DNA of 64,000 nucleotides from an uncultured Methanosarcinales archaeon (GCA_964621065.1 CAZULG010000003.1:34849-98848), one strand, 5' to 3'. Shown: positions 20,012 through 29,818, counted from the first letter of the stretch. Notes: generated from the sequence alone by a model not told the origin. Made by a program: numbers and translations.

Positions 20012-21361
20012 TTATTCAAAACTTGATTCTTCAAATTCTTTAAATGTAATAGTGAGTAAATTATTATACGAGTCGCTAAATCCTCTTGCAATGACACAAT
20101 AGAGAGTGTCAATGTGTTTTATTTTTGAATACAAAGAATTCTCAAATAATCCGTTGAGAAGGAGAATAGAGCAATTTGTGTAATCAATTGATTTTAATTT
20201 TGAAATAGGTTCATCAAATAATAGACCCATTGTTGAGTCAAATCCAACAATTCGTGCATTATCTTTTAAGAGTTCAATATAATTTTCAAGTGCAACATAT
20301 TCATATTTTGTAAAGTGTTGTTTTTCTATAACAATATTTTTTGCTGTATCATATAGAGAAGAATTAGAATTATCTTCAATATTAATATTGGTGTTATCAA
20401 GTGATTTACTTTTCGTTTTGTCTTGTTTCTCCTTTACCATTTGTGTTTTAGAATTAGTTTTTGTTTTATCTTCAGCTTGTTTATCTGGTTTAGAATCATT
20501 TTTTTCAGGAGCAGAAGAATAGTTTAATTTGGAGATGAGTTTTTCAACTTGTTTATAATTGAGTGAGCTCACTTCTCTTCCTCGTGGAGCGAATATGCGG
20601 TGTTGAATTGGGAAGTGATCTGTGTATTGGGTGATGAGTTTTTTAGCAGAACTGTCTCCATCTAAGCATGCATAGAATTGGGCACTTTGAAACCAGTTTT
20701 TATCTTTGAGCTGTAAAATACTCATATATGAGCCATTTGTAGAAATAACATTTTTATATCCAAAATGAGCGAGTGTTTTCACATCTGAGCGTCCTTCTAC
20801 GAGAATGATTTTTGGAGTAGAATGTGTTGTAATATATTCCATGCACTCAGGAGTTGAGTAACAATTTGGAGCAATTTCAATCACACTTTTTGTCTCTTCA
20901 TTATTATCTTTTTTATTACTGTGAATTTGAGTGTTTGATTGAGACGAATTTGTTGCATCTTGATTTGAGAATTGTTGTTCTAATTCTTTTGCGCGATTTG
21001 CAATTGCTGCTTCAAGTTCTTGGTGTGAATGTGCAATATTTGTAACTTCAACTTTTCCATGTGTGTGTCCTATTTTCGTAATTTGCTCACACTTTGCTGC
21101 AAGTAGACATGTTGTTTTAAAATCAAGACTTGTTGGAATTTGGCATTGAGCAATACTTTTACTGTTTTGTTTAGTAATTGAGACTGAGATGAGACCAATT
21201 TTCCCTTCTTTGACTAGAGTTTCAAAATGGACTTCATTTGAGAGAACATCTTGAAGTTGTTTGTATAAACTTCCAATAACATCAACGCTCTCAATTGTTC
21301 CTTCTACAACAACTCGCAGAGAAATACAATAGCGCTCGTTTGTAAATTTTTTTGTAATCAT
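20012..21361 (-). CDS. dnaG: Archaeal DnaG-like TOPRIM protein (divergent)
   Basis: DVIGSL, GKIG.I, IPTSLD...LAA..E.I.KIG, ILVEGRSDV, LDGD and APRGREV. Confidence 0.85.
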   Translation of the reverse strand: MITKKFTNERYCISLRVVVEGTIESVDVIGSLYKQLQDVLSNEVHFETLVKEGKIGLISVSITKQNSKSIAQCQIPTSLDFKTTCLLAAKCEQITKIGHTHGKVEVTNIAHSHQELEAAIANRAKELEQQFSNQDATNSSQSNTQIHSNKKDNNEETKSVIEIAPNCYSTPECMEYITTHSTPKIILVEGRSDVKTLAHFGYKNVISTNGSYMSILQLKDKNWFQSAQFYACLDGDSSAKKLITQYTDHFPIQHRIFAPRGREVSSLNYKQVEKLISKLNYSSAPEKNDSKPDKQAEDKTKTNSKTQMVKEKQDKTKSKSLDNTNINIEDNSNSSLYDTAKNIVIEKQHFTKYEYVALENYIELLKDNARIVGFDSTMGLLFDEPISKLKSIDYTNCSILLLNGLFENSLYSKIKHIDTLYCVIARGFSDSYNNLLTITFKEFEESSFE

Positions 21362-21438
21362 ACCATAACTTACAAATCAAGTTTTATAAAGTCTATGATA
21401 GAACATTGAATCGCATCTATAATTTATATTGTTTCATA

Positions 21439-22779
21439 CTATTTTTTCTTATTTGGTGTGTTGAGAATCTCTCTCACTTCTGAATAGACTCGCTCTTCAA
21501 AATGATAATTAGTCTCATCTTCTTCTTTATTGGGATTGATTTTAAGTAGTTGTTTTGCAAGTTCTATTTTAAAATCGGAACTATAAAGTGGATTTGTAGT
21601 GTCTTGTTCATTGTCTTGCTTTGTTGAATTCTCAATAATTTGTTTAACAATGTTTTCTTCTAATTCTTGAGTTGTTGAGAATTCGTTTGTGTGTCGAGAT
21701 GTGGCGTTGTGTTTTTTGGTTGTTAACTTTGTTGTATTTTTTAACACAATGTATGCGTTTAAATCATAAAACATATCAACAAATTGGGAAGTGTCAATTG
21801 AAGATGATATTTCATTTAATTCTCCAGAGAGTTCAAATAATACGATTGCATTTTCAAAATGTGTTGAATCATTTTGTGTGTAGGAGTGAATAGTTTGAGT
21901 AATTGTATCATAACATTCCTGAAGAGATTGATTTGAACAGTCAATTGAAATATGATGAATTGAAGGGAGTTCAAGTGGGACATATTCAAGGGTTTGCTTA
22001 TGAGTTTGAGCGTCAAATTCTACAATATTAAATCCTGAGTGTTTGAGTTTAAACTCTGCAAATGAGTTTGGAAATAAAGGTCCACAATATGCAATAATTT
22101 GTTCTTGTTGTGTTGTTATTGAATTTGGAATATGAATATGGCCTCCTGCGTAGTAATTAAATCCTTGAGGAAGTTGAGTTGTTGAGAATTGTTTTGTTAA
22201 GAGTTGTTGCATGTTGGGAGTGAGAAGTTGTGTGATTGTTGTATGGAAGAGAAAAATAGAGTATGGCAAATTATTATTATTATTATTATTAGTCGCAGAA
22301 GGATTAGTTTGTTTGTTTTGAAGATTTGAATAAATTGTATTATCCAGAGCATTTTTCTTACCAGTAATTCCGCAAAGTTGAATAGGTGTGTTTTTAATCG
22401 TAATAGTAGTTGGTGTTAATTGGATTGATTGAGTGTCAGTGAGTTCATATTGTGAGACATTTGTCCAAATATTTGTTTTATCTAAAATGTCAATGAAACT
22501 TTTGTGTGTGAGTGAGTAATCATGTGATCCTCCAATGACATAGGTTTGAATTCCTTTTTGTTGCATACGCTGAATTTGCTCAATAATGATTTCAATATAT
22601 TCAAGAGGTGGAAGTGCAACGTTGAAAATATCTCCTGCGATGAGTACAAAATCAATATTTGATTCAAGAATGGTATCAATTGCTTTGATGAATTGATTGA
22701 TATGAAGTGTTTTAAGTTTTTTTTCTCGAAATGAACCTAGATGAATATCAGCTAAATGAGCGTAGCGAATTGTTGTCAT
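21439..22779 (-). CDS. mre11: Mre11-family DNA repair exonuclease
   Basis: HLADIHLG, IAGDIF, GSHD, FH, YYAGGHIH and AYCGP. Confidence 0.88.
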   Translation of the reverse strand: MTTIRYAHLADIHLGSFREKKLKTLHINQFIKAIDTILESNIDFVLIAGDIFNVALPPLEYIEIIIEQIQRMQQKGIQTYVIGGSHDYSLTHKSFIDILDKTNIWTNVSQYELTDTQSIQLTPTTITIKNTPIQLCGITGKKNALDNTIYSNLQNKQTNPSATNNNNNNNLPYSIFLFHTTITQLLTPNMQQLLTKQFSTTQLPQGFNYYAGGHIHIPNSITTQQEQIIAYCGPLFPNSFAEFKLKHSGFNIVEFDAQTHKQTLEYVPLELPSIHHISIDCSNQSLQECYDTITQTIHSYTQNDSTHFENAIVLFELSGELNEISSSIDTSQFVDMFYDLNAYIVLKNTTKLTTKKHNATSRHTNEFSTTQELEENIVKQIIENSTKQDNEQDTTNPLYSSDFKIELAKQLLKINPNKEEDETNYHFEERVYSEVREILNTPNKKK

Positions 22780-22907
22780 ATTAGTAGTATAGAAACGTAG
22801 TTTTTAAATATTGTGAGGTTGAGGAGTAGACAATGAGTTATTTTAAATTCGTAGTAATTTTGATTGTGTAAAAAATATTTATAAAGATAGTGACTTTAGA
22901 ACATATA

Positions 22908-23369
22908 ATGTATTCAAAACAAGCAGCTGCAGGAGTCATTGCAAGTTTTATTATTTTAACATTTATTGTTATTATTTCTGTAACAATGATGATATCATAT
23001 CAGAGTTTTGTTATTGATTCACAAGAGCGATTTGAAGAGCGTCAAAATGATCTGATTAAGACTTCTCAAATTTCATATCAACTAAACAATATCACGTATA
23101 ATACAACAACTGAAAATTTGGAATTTATTATTGAAAATACAGGAAGTATTGATATTAGCTCAAGTGAGTTAAGTTATTTTTTAGATGAAACATTTTTAAG
23201 TAATGTTACTCCTACTAGAGTTGATGACGCTTCTTTTGAAGTTGAATTATTAGAACCTTCTTCACGAATGCAAATTAATTATTCTATTACATTAAATGAT
23301 GGAAATTATTCTCTTCAAGTAATTCATGATTTAGGTTTGCGCCAAATTGAAACTCTTGAAGTATCTTAA
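22908..23369 (+). CDS. Archaellum accessory protein ArlF/FlaF-like
   Basis: N-terminal TM followed by a beta domain with IENTGSIDI...FLD; adjacent to an ArlG-like gene. Confidence 0.7.
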   Translation: MYSKQAAAGVIASFIILTFIVIISVTMMISYQSFVIDSQERFEERQNDLIKTSQISYQLNNITYNTTTENLEFIIENTGSIDISSSELSYFLDETFLSNVTPTRVDDASFEVELLEPSSRMQINYSITLNDGNYSLQVIHDLGLRQIETLEVS

Positions 23370-23490
23370 ATTGAAAATGAATAATAAATATTTAGAAATA
23401 ATAGATACAAATGTGGGAGTAGATAACAAAAATAGAGTCTCTTTGTACTAATAACGAATGTTTATAAAAAATAAGAACAAAATGATAGTA

Positions 23491-23961
23491 ATGAGAACAA
23501 GCAGGATTTACAAGAAAGGAGCTGGAGATGCTATATCAACACTTATTTTATTTATTGCAGTACTTGGAATTTCAATTGGTCTTATTGTTGCGTTTCAACA
23601 ATTTTCTAATCAAACTCAAAGTAGTTTAAAAACAAAGCAAGACTCAATATCAGATAGGCTAGACACTCAACTCTCAATTATTTATACAGCTTATGATACA
23701 AATTCAAATATTACAACAACATATCTTAAAAATATTGGAAATTCAGAATTAGATACTCAATCATTATCATTTTTTGTGGGAGGAGAATATATTGCAAATC
23801 CAACAATTACTAATGCAGATACTGGGGCTTCGATTCGAGTATTGGGAATACAAGATACGATTAAAGTTGAATTAGAACAAGATTTAAATCAAGGAGTTAA
23901 TAAGATTATTGTTGCAAGTGAATTTGGAAACACGTTTGTAAAGAAATTTAATGTAGAGTAA
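23491..23961 (+). CDS. Archaellum accessory protein ArlG/FlaG-like
   Basis: AGDAISTLILFIA, L.T.L.II, YLKNIG..L and IIVASEFG. Confidence 0.78.
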   Translation: MRTSRIYKKGAGDAISTLILFIAVLGISIGLIVAFQQFSNQTQSSLKTKQDSISDRLDTQLSIIYTAYDTNSNITTTYLKNIGNSELDTQSLSFFVGGEYIANPTITNADTGASIRVLGIQDTIKVELEQDLNQGVNKIIVASEFGNTFVKKFNVE

Positions 23962-24012
23962 GATATTATGAGCAATAATTTTTAATGAAGAATGGGAAAT
24001 GTTAAACTCATA

Positions 24013-25086
24013 CTACATTTTAATATGTCTAATTGATTTAACATTGAGCTTTTGCTCTTCTTTTTGTTTTTCTAAAACATATGCTTTGAGTTCTTCATAA
24101 TTTGTGTATTGTGGGATTTTTTTAAATTGTTTTGAAACTCTCTCAAATTCCTCGTCTTCATCTTCTTCATATAAATCTGTTTTAGAGAAGTAGATAATAA
24201 TTGGCTTTTCAAGTTTTATTGTTTCTTTTAATAATTTGATTTGCTCATTTATTGTATATCCACAACTTGTTGTAAGATCAATGACAAAAACGAGTTGATT
24301 TGCATAATTTTGAATAATAATTTGCGCTCGTTGCTCTATTGCGTTAGACTTTGTTCGTCCTAAAAGTCCAGGGGTGTCAATAAATTGAATGAGTGGAACT
24401 TCGTTGTGATACAAATATCCAAATAAGAGTCCTTTTGTTGTAAAGGGGTAATTTTGAATTTCGACATTACTCTTTGTTACATTTTTCATTAGTGTTGATT
24501 TCCCAACATTTGGAAACCCCGCAATTGCAGTTGTAAAAATGTCTTTAAATGTTGGAAGTTTTGATAAAAAGTGAGAGGTGTCTTGGAGTGTTTGAAATGT
24601 TTGCTCTTCTTTTGTAAAGTATGAGTTAAATTTTCCCATAAATTTTTTGAACTGAAATTTGAGTGCATCGTGTCCTTTTGAGTATTGTATTTTTCTCAAA
24701 TATTGTGAGCAGAGCATATCTATTCCATTTTGAATTGAGCGAATGTGTTTGAGTGCTGATTCGTATTCTTTAAACGATGTAGTTGAGGTGTTGAGTAATT
24801 CTTGATAAATAGGAGGCATTGTTTGTGGTTTTGGAAATCTTTTAGTTATTTTTTGCAACACTTCAAATGCTTTTTTATTGATGTGGCGAATTTTTTGCAT
24901 TTCTAAATCTTTTCGTTTATTGAGAATAATTTCTTTTCCTTCTTGATTTTTTTTTGCTTGCGTTGAAGAATCCCATCGTTTATCAATATTTTTTCGCTCC
25001 TTAAGTGCATACTCTTCCATTGATTGAATACACATAGAGGCATAATATTTGCCTGAAAACACTTTAGGGATTGAATACATATACAA
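24013..25086 (-). CDS. NOG1-family GTPase (start may be 25020)
   Basis: AGFPNVGKSTL, YPFTTKG, IDTPGLL, DLTTSCGY..EQ and SKTD. Confidence 0.93.
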   Translation of the reverse strand: MYMYSIPKVFSGKYYASMCIQSMEEYALKERKNIDKRWDSSTQAKKNQEGKEIILNKRKDLEMQKIRHINKKAFEVLQKITKRFPKPQTMPPIYQELLNTSTTSFKEYESALKHIRSIQNGIDMLCSQYLRKIQYSKGHDALKFQFKKFMGKFNSYFTKEEQTFQTLQDTSHFLSKLPTFKDIFTTAIAGFPNVGKSTLMKNVTKSNVEIQNYPFTTKGLLFGYLYHNEVPLIQFIDTPGLLGRTKSNAIEQRAQIIIQNYANQLVFVIDLTTSCGYTINEQIKLLKETIKLEKPIIIYFSKTDLYEEDEDEEFERVSKQFKKIPQYTNYEELKAYVLEKQKEEQKLNVKSIRHIKM

Positions 25087-25145
25087 TATAAATGAGATTT
25101 TATTAATAAACTTAATTACGCAAGATTGAGAAAAATTATGTTTAT

Positions 25146-25778
25146 CTACATAAGTTCTTCGTCTAAACTTCCTTGAATTTCATAGACACATTTGATTTGA
25201 ATGTATTGTTTTTCTTTTGCAAGAGAGTTGATATATTTTGTATATTGCCTCATTTCATCATCTCGAAAGACACATGTGAGTGTGTTATGTTGAGGTGTGA
25301 TATAAAATAATTCTTCATTATATGTTGTATAGACTTTATCTCCTCCATATTCTGATTCAAATTCATCTTGAGTAATGAAGTAGTAGACATCAATGAGCAT
25401 AGAGTCTGCAACTTTTGAATCATGCAAGAGTTCAAAACATTTGTGCGTAAATTTTGAAATTTCAACTCTTTGAAGCGTTAGAGAGAATCCCACGAGTTCT
25501 TCAATGTATTGTTCAAATGTTTTTGATTTAAAATATTCAATAGAAGCAAGCAAACTTGAAGGAGTATTTGTTTCATTAAAGAGGTGTTTTTGTTCAATGA
25601 GTGGGTTGTAGAACATAGAATAATTGTTTGATTTAATCATTTGAGTTGTAAATGTATTTAAGTCATTAGATTCTTCGAAAAATTGTTGAAGTTGAATAAA
25701 TCCTTCTTGATTGAAAAATGCCTGAGCTTGCTCAAAGAATTCTTTTTGGTTGTAGAGCTTTTGAATTGTTGAGATCAT
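25146..25778 (-). CDS. Degenerate 2OG-oxygenase fold, Ofd1/OGFOD1 C-terminal-domain (CTDD)-like
   Basis: F.S..F..Y...L.G, ELLHDS, EFESEYGG..VY...EELF.I.P..NTL..VFRD.....Y.KYIN. No complete HxD...H triad. ATG 25778 overlaps the upstream stop (ATGA). Confidence 0.8.
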   Translation of the reverse strand: MISTIQKLYNQKEFFEQAQAFFNQEGFIQLQQFFEESNDLNTFTTQMIKSNNYSMFYNPLIEQKHLFNETNTPSSLLASIEYFKSKTFEQYIEELVGFSLTLQRVEISKFTHKCFELLHDSKVADSMLIDVYYFITQDEFESEYGGDKVYTTYNEELFYITPQHNTLTCVFRDDEMRQYTKYINSLAKEKQYIQIKCVYEIQGSLDEELM

Positions 25779-26419
25779 TTGTAATACCACCCACTAATTG
25801 AGAGTCTATTTTTATCAACTGCTTCAACTTCACTGATTTGATGAAATGAAATTTCACTCACTTTAAACATATTGAGTTGATTAAATTTTGGAATAATTCT
25901 TTTCTCACACTGTGTTGGTTCAAGTTGAGAGTTATGTGCAAAAATCTCTAGTGCTCCTCCATCTTTTTTTGTAAAATCTCGAGAGAGGTTAATAATGAAT
26001 GCAATACTTCTCTCATCGACTTGATCATCGTGACAGAGCAGATAGTGAGTGTGTTGGAGTAAAATTGAGTGAAGATCTCCTTGTTTTTGAGTATTAATTG
26101 AAGTGTTTGTTAGTTTTTGAAATAATTCAATACACTCTGTTGAGAATATGAATGTGTGTAAGTCTTGGAGAATTTGTGGAAGAGAAGAGATATGTTTGAG
26201 ATCTTTTGATTTGAAAAAGTGATACAAATCAGTATTAAATTCTTCATAATCCACACTCATCAAAGCTTGTTCTATTTGCTTAGCAATGTCTTCTTTAAAA
26301 AAATGTGGAATTGAGATATGTTCATATGGTGTTGCGTTTTGAAATGTTTGAGAAAATTGTTCAATGTTTGATAGTACATCTTGGTGAATCCAATTCTCAA
26401 TGGTATTTGATTGACTCAT
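25775..26419 (-). CDS. 2OG-Fe(II) prolyl hydroxylase, OGFOD1/Tpa1 catalytic-domain-like
   Basis: A.PY.H, TDLY.F.KS.DL, YLLCHDD, RSIAFII.L, DGGALEIF, P.FN.L.MF.VS..SFHQISEV and RLSISGWY. Confidence 0.9.
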   Translation of the reverse strand: MSQSNTIENWIHQDVLSNIEQFSQTFQNATPYEHISIPHFFKEDIAKQIEQALMSVDYEEFNTDLYHFFKSKDLKHISSLPQILQDLHTFIFSTECIELFQKLTNTSINTQKQGDLHSILLQHTHYLLCHDDQVDERSIAFIINLSRDFTKKDGGALEIFAHNSQLEPTQCEKRIIPKFNQLNMFKVSEISFHQISEVEAVDKNRLSISGWYYK

Positions 26420-26545
26420 ACAATACTGTAGTAAAGATGTATTTATTAAATAAACGATTATCATCTCTTAAATATTGAGAATTTAAGGTTTAAACTTTTT
26501 AGAGATAACCATTGTTTAAAAATTCATTTTGTATATGTATAGTAT

Positions 26546-28033
26546 ATGTTTTCGATTAAACGAGTTGATATTCAAAAAGCAGATGATATGCTTGCGTTTT
26601 GTAGTGAAGAAGTTGCTCAAACTATTAAAGTGAAAAGTGGAGATAAGGTGTTGATTAAAAGTCAAGAACAAAACAGTGAGATTATTTGTGATTTAGAAGT
26701 AAATTGTACGTATTCAAATAATGATATTGGCTTAAATAAATTTGCAATTCAAAAATTACCTAAAAGTGCAATGAGAAAAAAAGTAATGATACTTCCTGCT
26801 CCAAAACCTCAATCACTTGAGCACGTTCGATTAAAATTTGAAAATCAAATTCGATTTGAGTATCACCATTTTCAAGAAATTTTAGACGATATTTTAACAA
26901 ATCGGTATGGACAAATTGAATTAACGTATTTTGTTTTAGCGTGCTCAGCACATGCGTTGAATGATAAGGAGACAATTGCACTCACACAAGCAATGGTTGA
27001 TTGTGGAATGCATTTAAATTTTGCAACGCCTGAGCGTAAAATCATTGTAGATAAACACTGTATAGGAGGAGTTCCTAATAATCGCTCAACGATGATTGCA
27101 ATTCCACTTATTATTGCAGCAGGACTTACGATTCCTAAAACTTCTTCTCGCTCAATCACATCTCCTGCTGGAACTGCTGATACAATGGAAGTTTTAGCAA
27201 ATGTTGAGTTGGGTTTAGAAGATATGCATCATCAAGTCGAAGAGCTTGGAGGATGTATTGCATGGGGAGGAGCACTTGATTTATCACCTGCAGATGATTT
27301 AATAATTCGTGTTGAACATCCTTTGCATATTGACTCTGAAGGGCAAATGATTGCAAGTATTTTGTCTAAGAAAAAATCATCAGGTTCAACACATGTACTC
27401 ATAGATATTCCTTATGGGAATCAGACAAAAGTAAAAACTCTAGAGAAAGCAAAGCGACTAAAAAAGCGATTTATCACTGTTGGAAGTGCAATTGGTCTTG
27501 AAATTCAAGTTGAAATCACAAATGGCTCATCACCAATTGGTACGGGGATAGGTCCGTATTTTGAAGCGCTTGATGTGCTTGCAGTATTGAGTAATTCAGA
27601 TGAAGCGCCACAAGATTTGAAAAAGAAAGCGTTATACTTAACAGGAGAGATATTTGAACTTGCTCATATTTGTAAAAAAGGACTTGGAGAAGCTTATGCA
27701 ACTGAGCTTTTGGAGTCGGGAAAAGGGTTTGAATCGTTTGAACAACTTCGAAGGATGCAAGGATATAAAGAACTTCCAAATTTTCCACGCTATGGAGAAG
27801 AAATTGTTGCTCAACATGATGGTGTTGTTCAGGGAATTAAAAATAGAGATATTTCTAAAATTGCATTTATCTTAGGCGCTCCAACGACTCCAACTGCTGG
27901 GTTAATTTTGAAGAAAAAAGTAGGTGATAGTGTTAAGAGAGGAGATGTTTTATTTGAGATGTATAGTGAGAGCGAGATTAAAATTCAATATGGGGTTGAA
28001 TATTTAAAGGAGCATTTTCCTTATATCTATTAG
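26546..28033 (+). CDS. AMP/thymidine phosphorylase (archaeal AMP phosphorylase type)
   Basis: DKHCIGGVP, PKTSSRSITSPAGTADTMEVLA, LSPADD and ASILSKK, plus the N-terminal extension. Confidence 0.93.
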   Translation: MFSIKRVDIQKADDMLAFCSEEVAQTIKVKSGDKVLIKSQEQNSEIICDLEVNCTYSNNDIGLNKFAIQKLPKSAMRKKVMILPAPKPQSLEHVRLKFENQIRFEYHHFQEILDDILTNRYGQIELTYFVLACSAHALNDKETIALTQAMVDCGMHLNFATPERKIIVDKHCIGGVPNNRSTMIAIPLIIAAGLTIPKTSSRSITSPAGTADTMEVLANVELGLEDMHHQVEELGGCIAWGGALDLSPADDLIIRVEHPLHIDSEGQMIASILSKKKSSGSTHVLIDIPYGNQTKVKTLEKAKRLKKRFITVGSAIGLEIQVEITNGSSPIGTGIGPYFEALDVLAVLSNSDEAPQDLKKKALYLTGEIFELAHICKKGLGEAYATELLESGKGFESFEQLRRMQGYKELPNFPRYGEEIVAQHDGVVQGIKNRDISKIAFILGAPTTPTAGLILKKKVGDSVKRGDVLFEMYSESEIKIQYGVEYLKEHFPYIY

Positions 28034-28122
28034 TTATTAAGTGTGACTTTGTCAGACTTGAATTTGTGTATTTAAAGTATTTATAGAGAAAGTTTTAAAA
28101 ATGTTTATTACTTCTAAGTAGT

Positions 28123-28665
28123 ATGATATTGATTCAAGATTCTTCTTATTTATGGTCATTTACATACTTACAAAATCCAGAAATTGGAAATGAGAGAGAG
28201 ATTAATTCTTCTTTGTCTCAACAATGTTATCAATTAATACGAAATAGATTTTTAGAAGGGACAGATGAGAGACAATTACATTTTAGAGGAGACTTTGTGT
28301 TATATGAAGCCCAAATAGTAAGAGTTGATTACCATTTTAATACAACGGGACTTGATGGTTGTAGTTTTATAGGCCAAGGATATGAATTTGATTTTAAGAG
28401 AAGAAATAGGGATTTTAAAATATTTCAACAAAAACTTAGTGAATCTCAGAGGACTTTTTTATCTCAAATGCCATCAGTTAGAAACTTTGAGAAGTCACTT
28501 CAAGATAAAAACTCAAAAATTTTACTTTTAGCTGGTTTGGAGGGAAAAAGGTTTGAAATGAGAAATAAAAGAAAATATGAGGAACCTATTATGTATGACG
28601 CTGAAGAAGATAAAGTTTTTGCATGGGCACCAATAGATAGTGAGTTTGAAAAATTATTAAATTAA
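28123..28665 (+). CDS. Hypothetical protein
   Basis: 180-aa ORF with upstream TATA; no motif recognised. Confidence 0.7.
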   Translation: MILIQDSSYLWSFTYLQNPEIGNEREINSSLSQQCYQLIRNRFLEGTDERQLHFRGDFVLYEAQIVRVDYHFNTTGLDGCSFIGQGYEFDFKRRNRDFKIFQQKLSESQRTFLSQMPSVRNFEKSLQDKNSKILLLAGLEGKRFEMRNKRKYEEPIMYDAEEDKVFAWAPIDSEFEKLLN

Positions 28666-28730
28666 ATTATACACTTGAACTCATAAATAATCAAAAGATT
28701 TAAGAAGTAGTATTTTTCTCAAATGTATAT

Positions 28731-29555
28731 ATGAACAATTCACATCAATTTTCCTCCTCACGTATTCAAGAGTTTCAACAAAAAATTCTACAGTGGTATA
28801 AAGAGAATGGTAGACATGATTTGAATTTTCGAAAAACAACCAATCCATACCATATTCACATTTCAGAAATTATGCTCTCACAAACACAAGTTTCTCGAGT
28901 AGAAAAATATTTTAAGGAGTGGATTGAAGAATACTCTACGTTTGAAGATGTGGCTCAAGCAACGAACATGGAATTATTACAGCAGTGGCAAGGTCTTGGA
29001 TATAATTCTCGAGTATTAAATTTTAAAAAAGCATGCGAGCAAATTATTGAGGAGTATAACTCGCAGTACCCAACTTCAAAAGATGAGTTAATGAAACTCA
29101 GAGGAGTTGGTTCATATGTTGCTTCAGCAATTTGTGCATTTGCGTATAATCAAGATATTGCAGTGGTTGATACAAATATTAGACGAATTTTAATTCATGA
29201 AGGATTTGCTAATGAGGATATGAGTCAAAAAGAATTAGAAGAAGTTGCACAGAGCCTTGTTCTAAAGGGAAAAGGGCGAGAGTGGACAAATGCACTCATG
29301 GATTATGGTGCACTGGTATTGAGTGCAAAAAAAACAAATGTTCAATCATTAAGTAAACAAGGTAAATTCGTAGGAAGTTCGCGTTATATTCGAAGTTTTA
29401 TTGTCAAAGAGTGTTTAAAAAATTCAAGTTGTAGTATTGAGCGAATTGAAGAAGAGTGCCAAAAATATCATCTTGATTGTTCTAAAATTATTGATAAAAT
29501 GGTGCTTGAAAAAACGATTTACATTGATAGTGGAGAAATTTATATTAAAAATTAA
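28731..29555 (+). CDS. MutY-like HhH-GPD adenine glycosylase, short form lacking the [4Fe-4S] motif
   Basis: WY...GR.L..R...PY.I.ISEIMLSQT, WQGLGY.SR, L.GVG.Y and VVDTN. ALMDYGA is not followed by the Cys cluster. Confidence 0.88.
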   Translation: MNNSHQFSSSRIQEFQQKILQWYKENGRHDLNFRKTTNPYHIHISEIMLSQTQVSRVEKYFKEWIEEYSTFEDVAQATNMELLQQWQGLGYNSRVLNFKKACEQIIEEYNSQYPTSKDELMKLRGVGSYVASAICAFAYNQDIAVVDTNIRRILIHEGFANEDMSQKELEEVAQSLVLKGKGREWTNALMDYGALVLSAKKTNVQSLSKQGKFVGSSRYIRSFIVKECLKNSSCSIERIEEECQKYHLDCSKIIDKMVLEKTIYIDSGEIYIKN

Positions 29556-29665
29556 AATTATTATTAGTGTAATTAAAATATTGAATGAATCTATCTATTT
29601 ATTACAACTGTAATTAGAGTTCGAAGAGTGTAATTTATAAGTATTTATTTATTAGAAATATTATT

Positions 29666-29818
29666 ATGAAACAAGAAATTCGCTATGATTTAAACTTAAA
29701 ACAATATACACTCTCACAAGAAGACACAATTAAACCTGTTCCTTTAAAATACAAATCTCAAGATTCAACACGAAGATTTAGAACTCAAACTTTGCGTGAT
29801 GAAATCATAAATAAATAA
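29666..29818 (+). CDS. Small hypothetical protein (50 aa)
   Basis: Not in the ORF track: MKQEIRYDLNLKQYTLSQEDTIKPVPLKYKSQDSTRRFRTQTLRDEIINK, with TTTATAAG about 30 nt upstream. Confidence 0.55.
   Translation: MKQEIRYDLNLKQYTLSQEDTIKPVPLKYKSQDSTRRFRTQTLRDEIINK

Noticed and set aside
25770..25790. Programmed frameshift or sequencing error fusing the two oxygenase ORFs
   Set aside because: No obvious slippery heptamer, a standard ATGA coupling and no linker sequence between the domains. Not fully excluded without reads.
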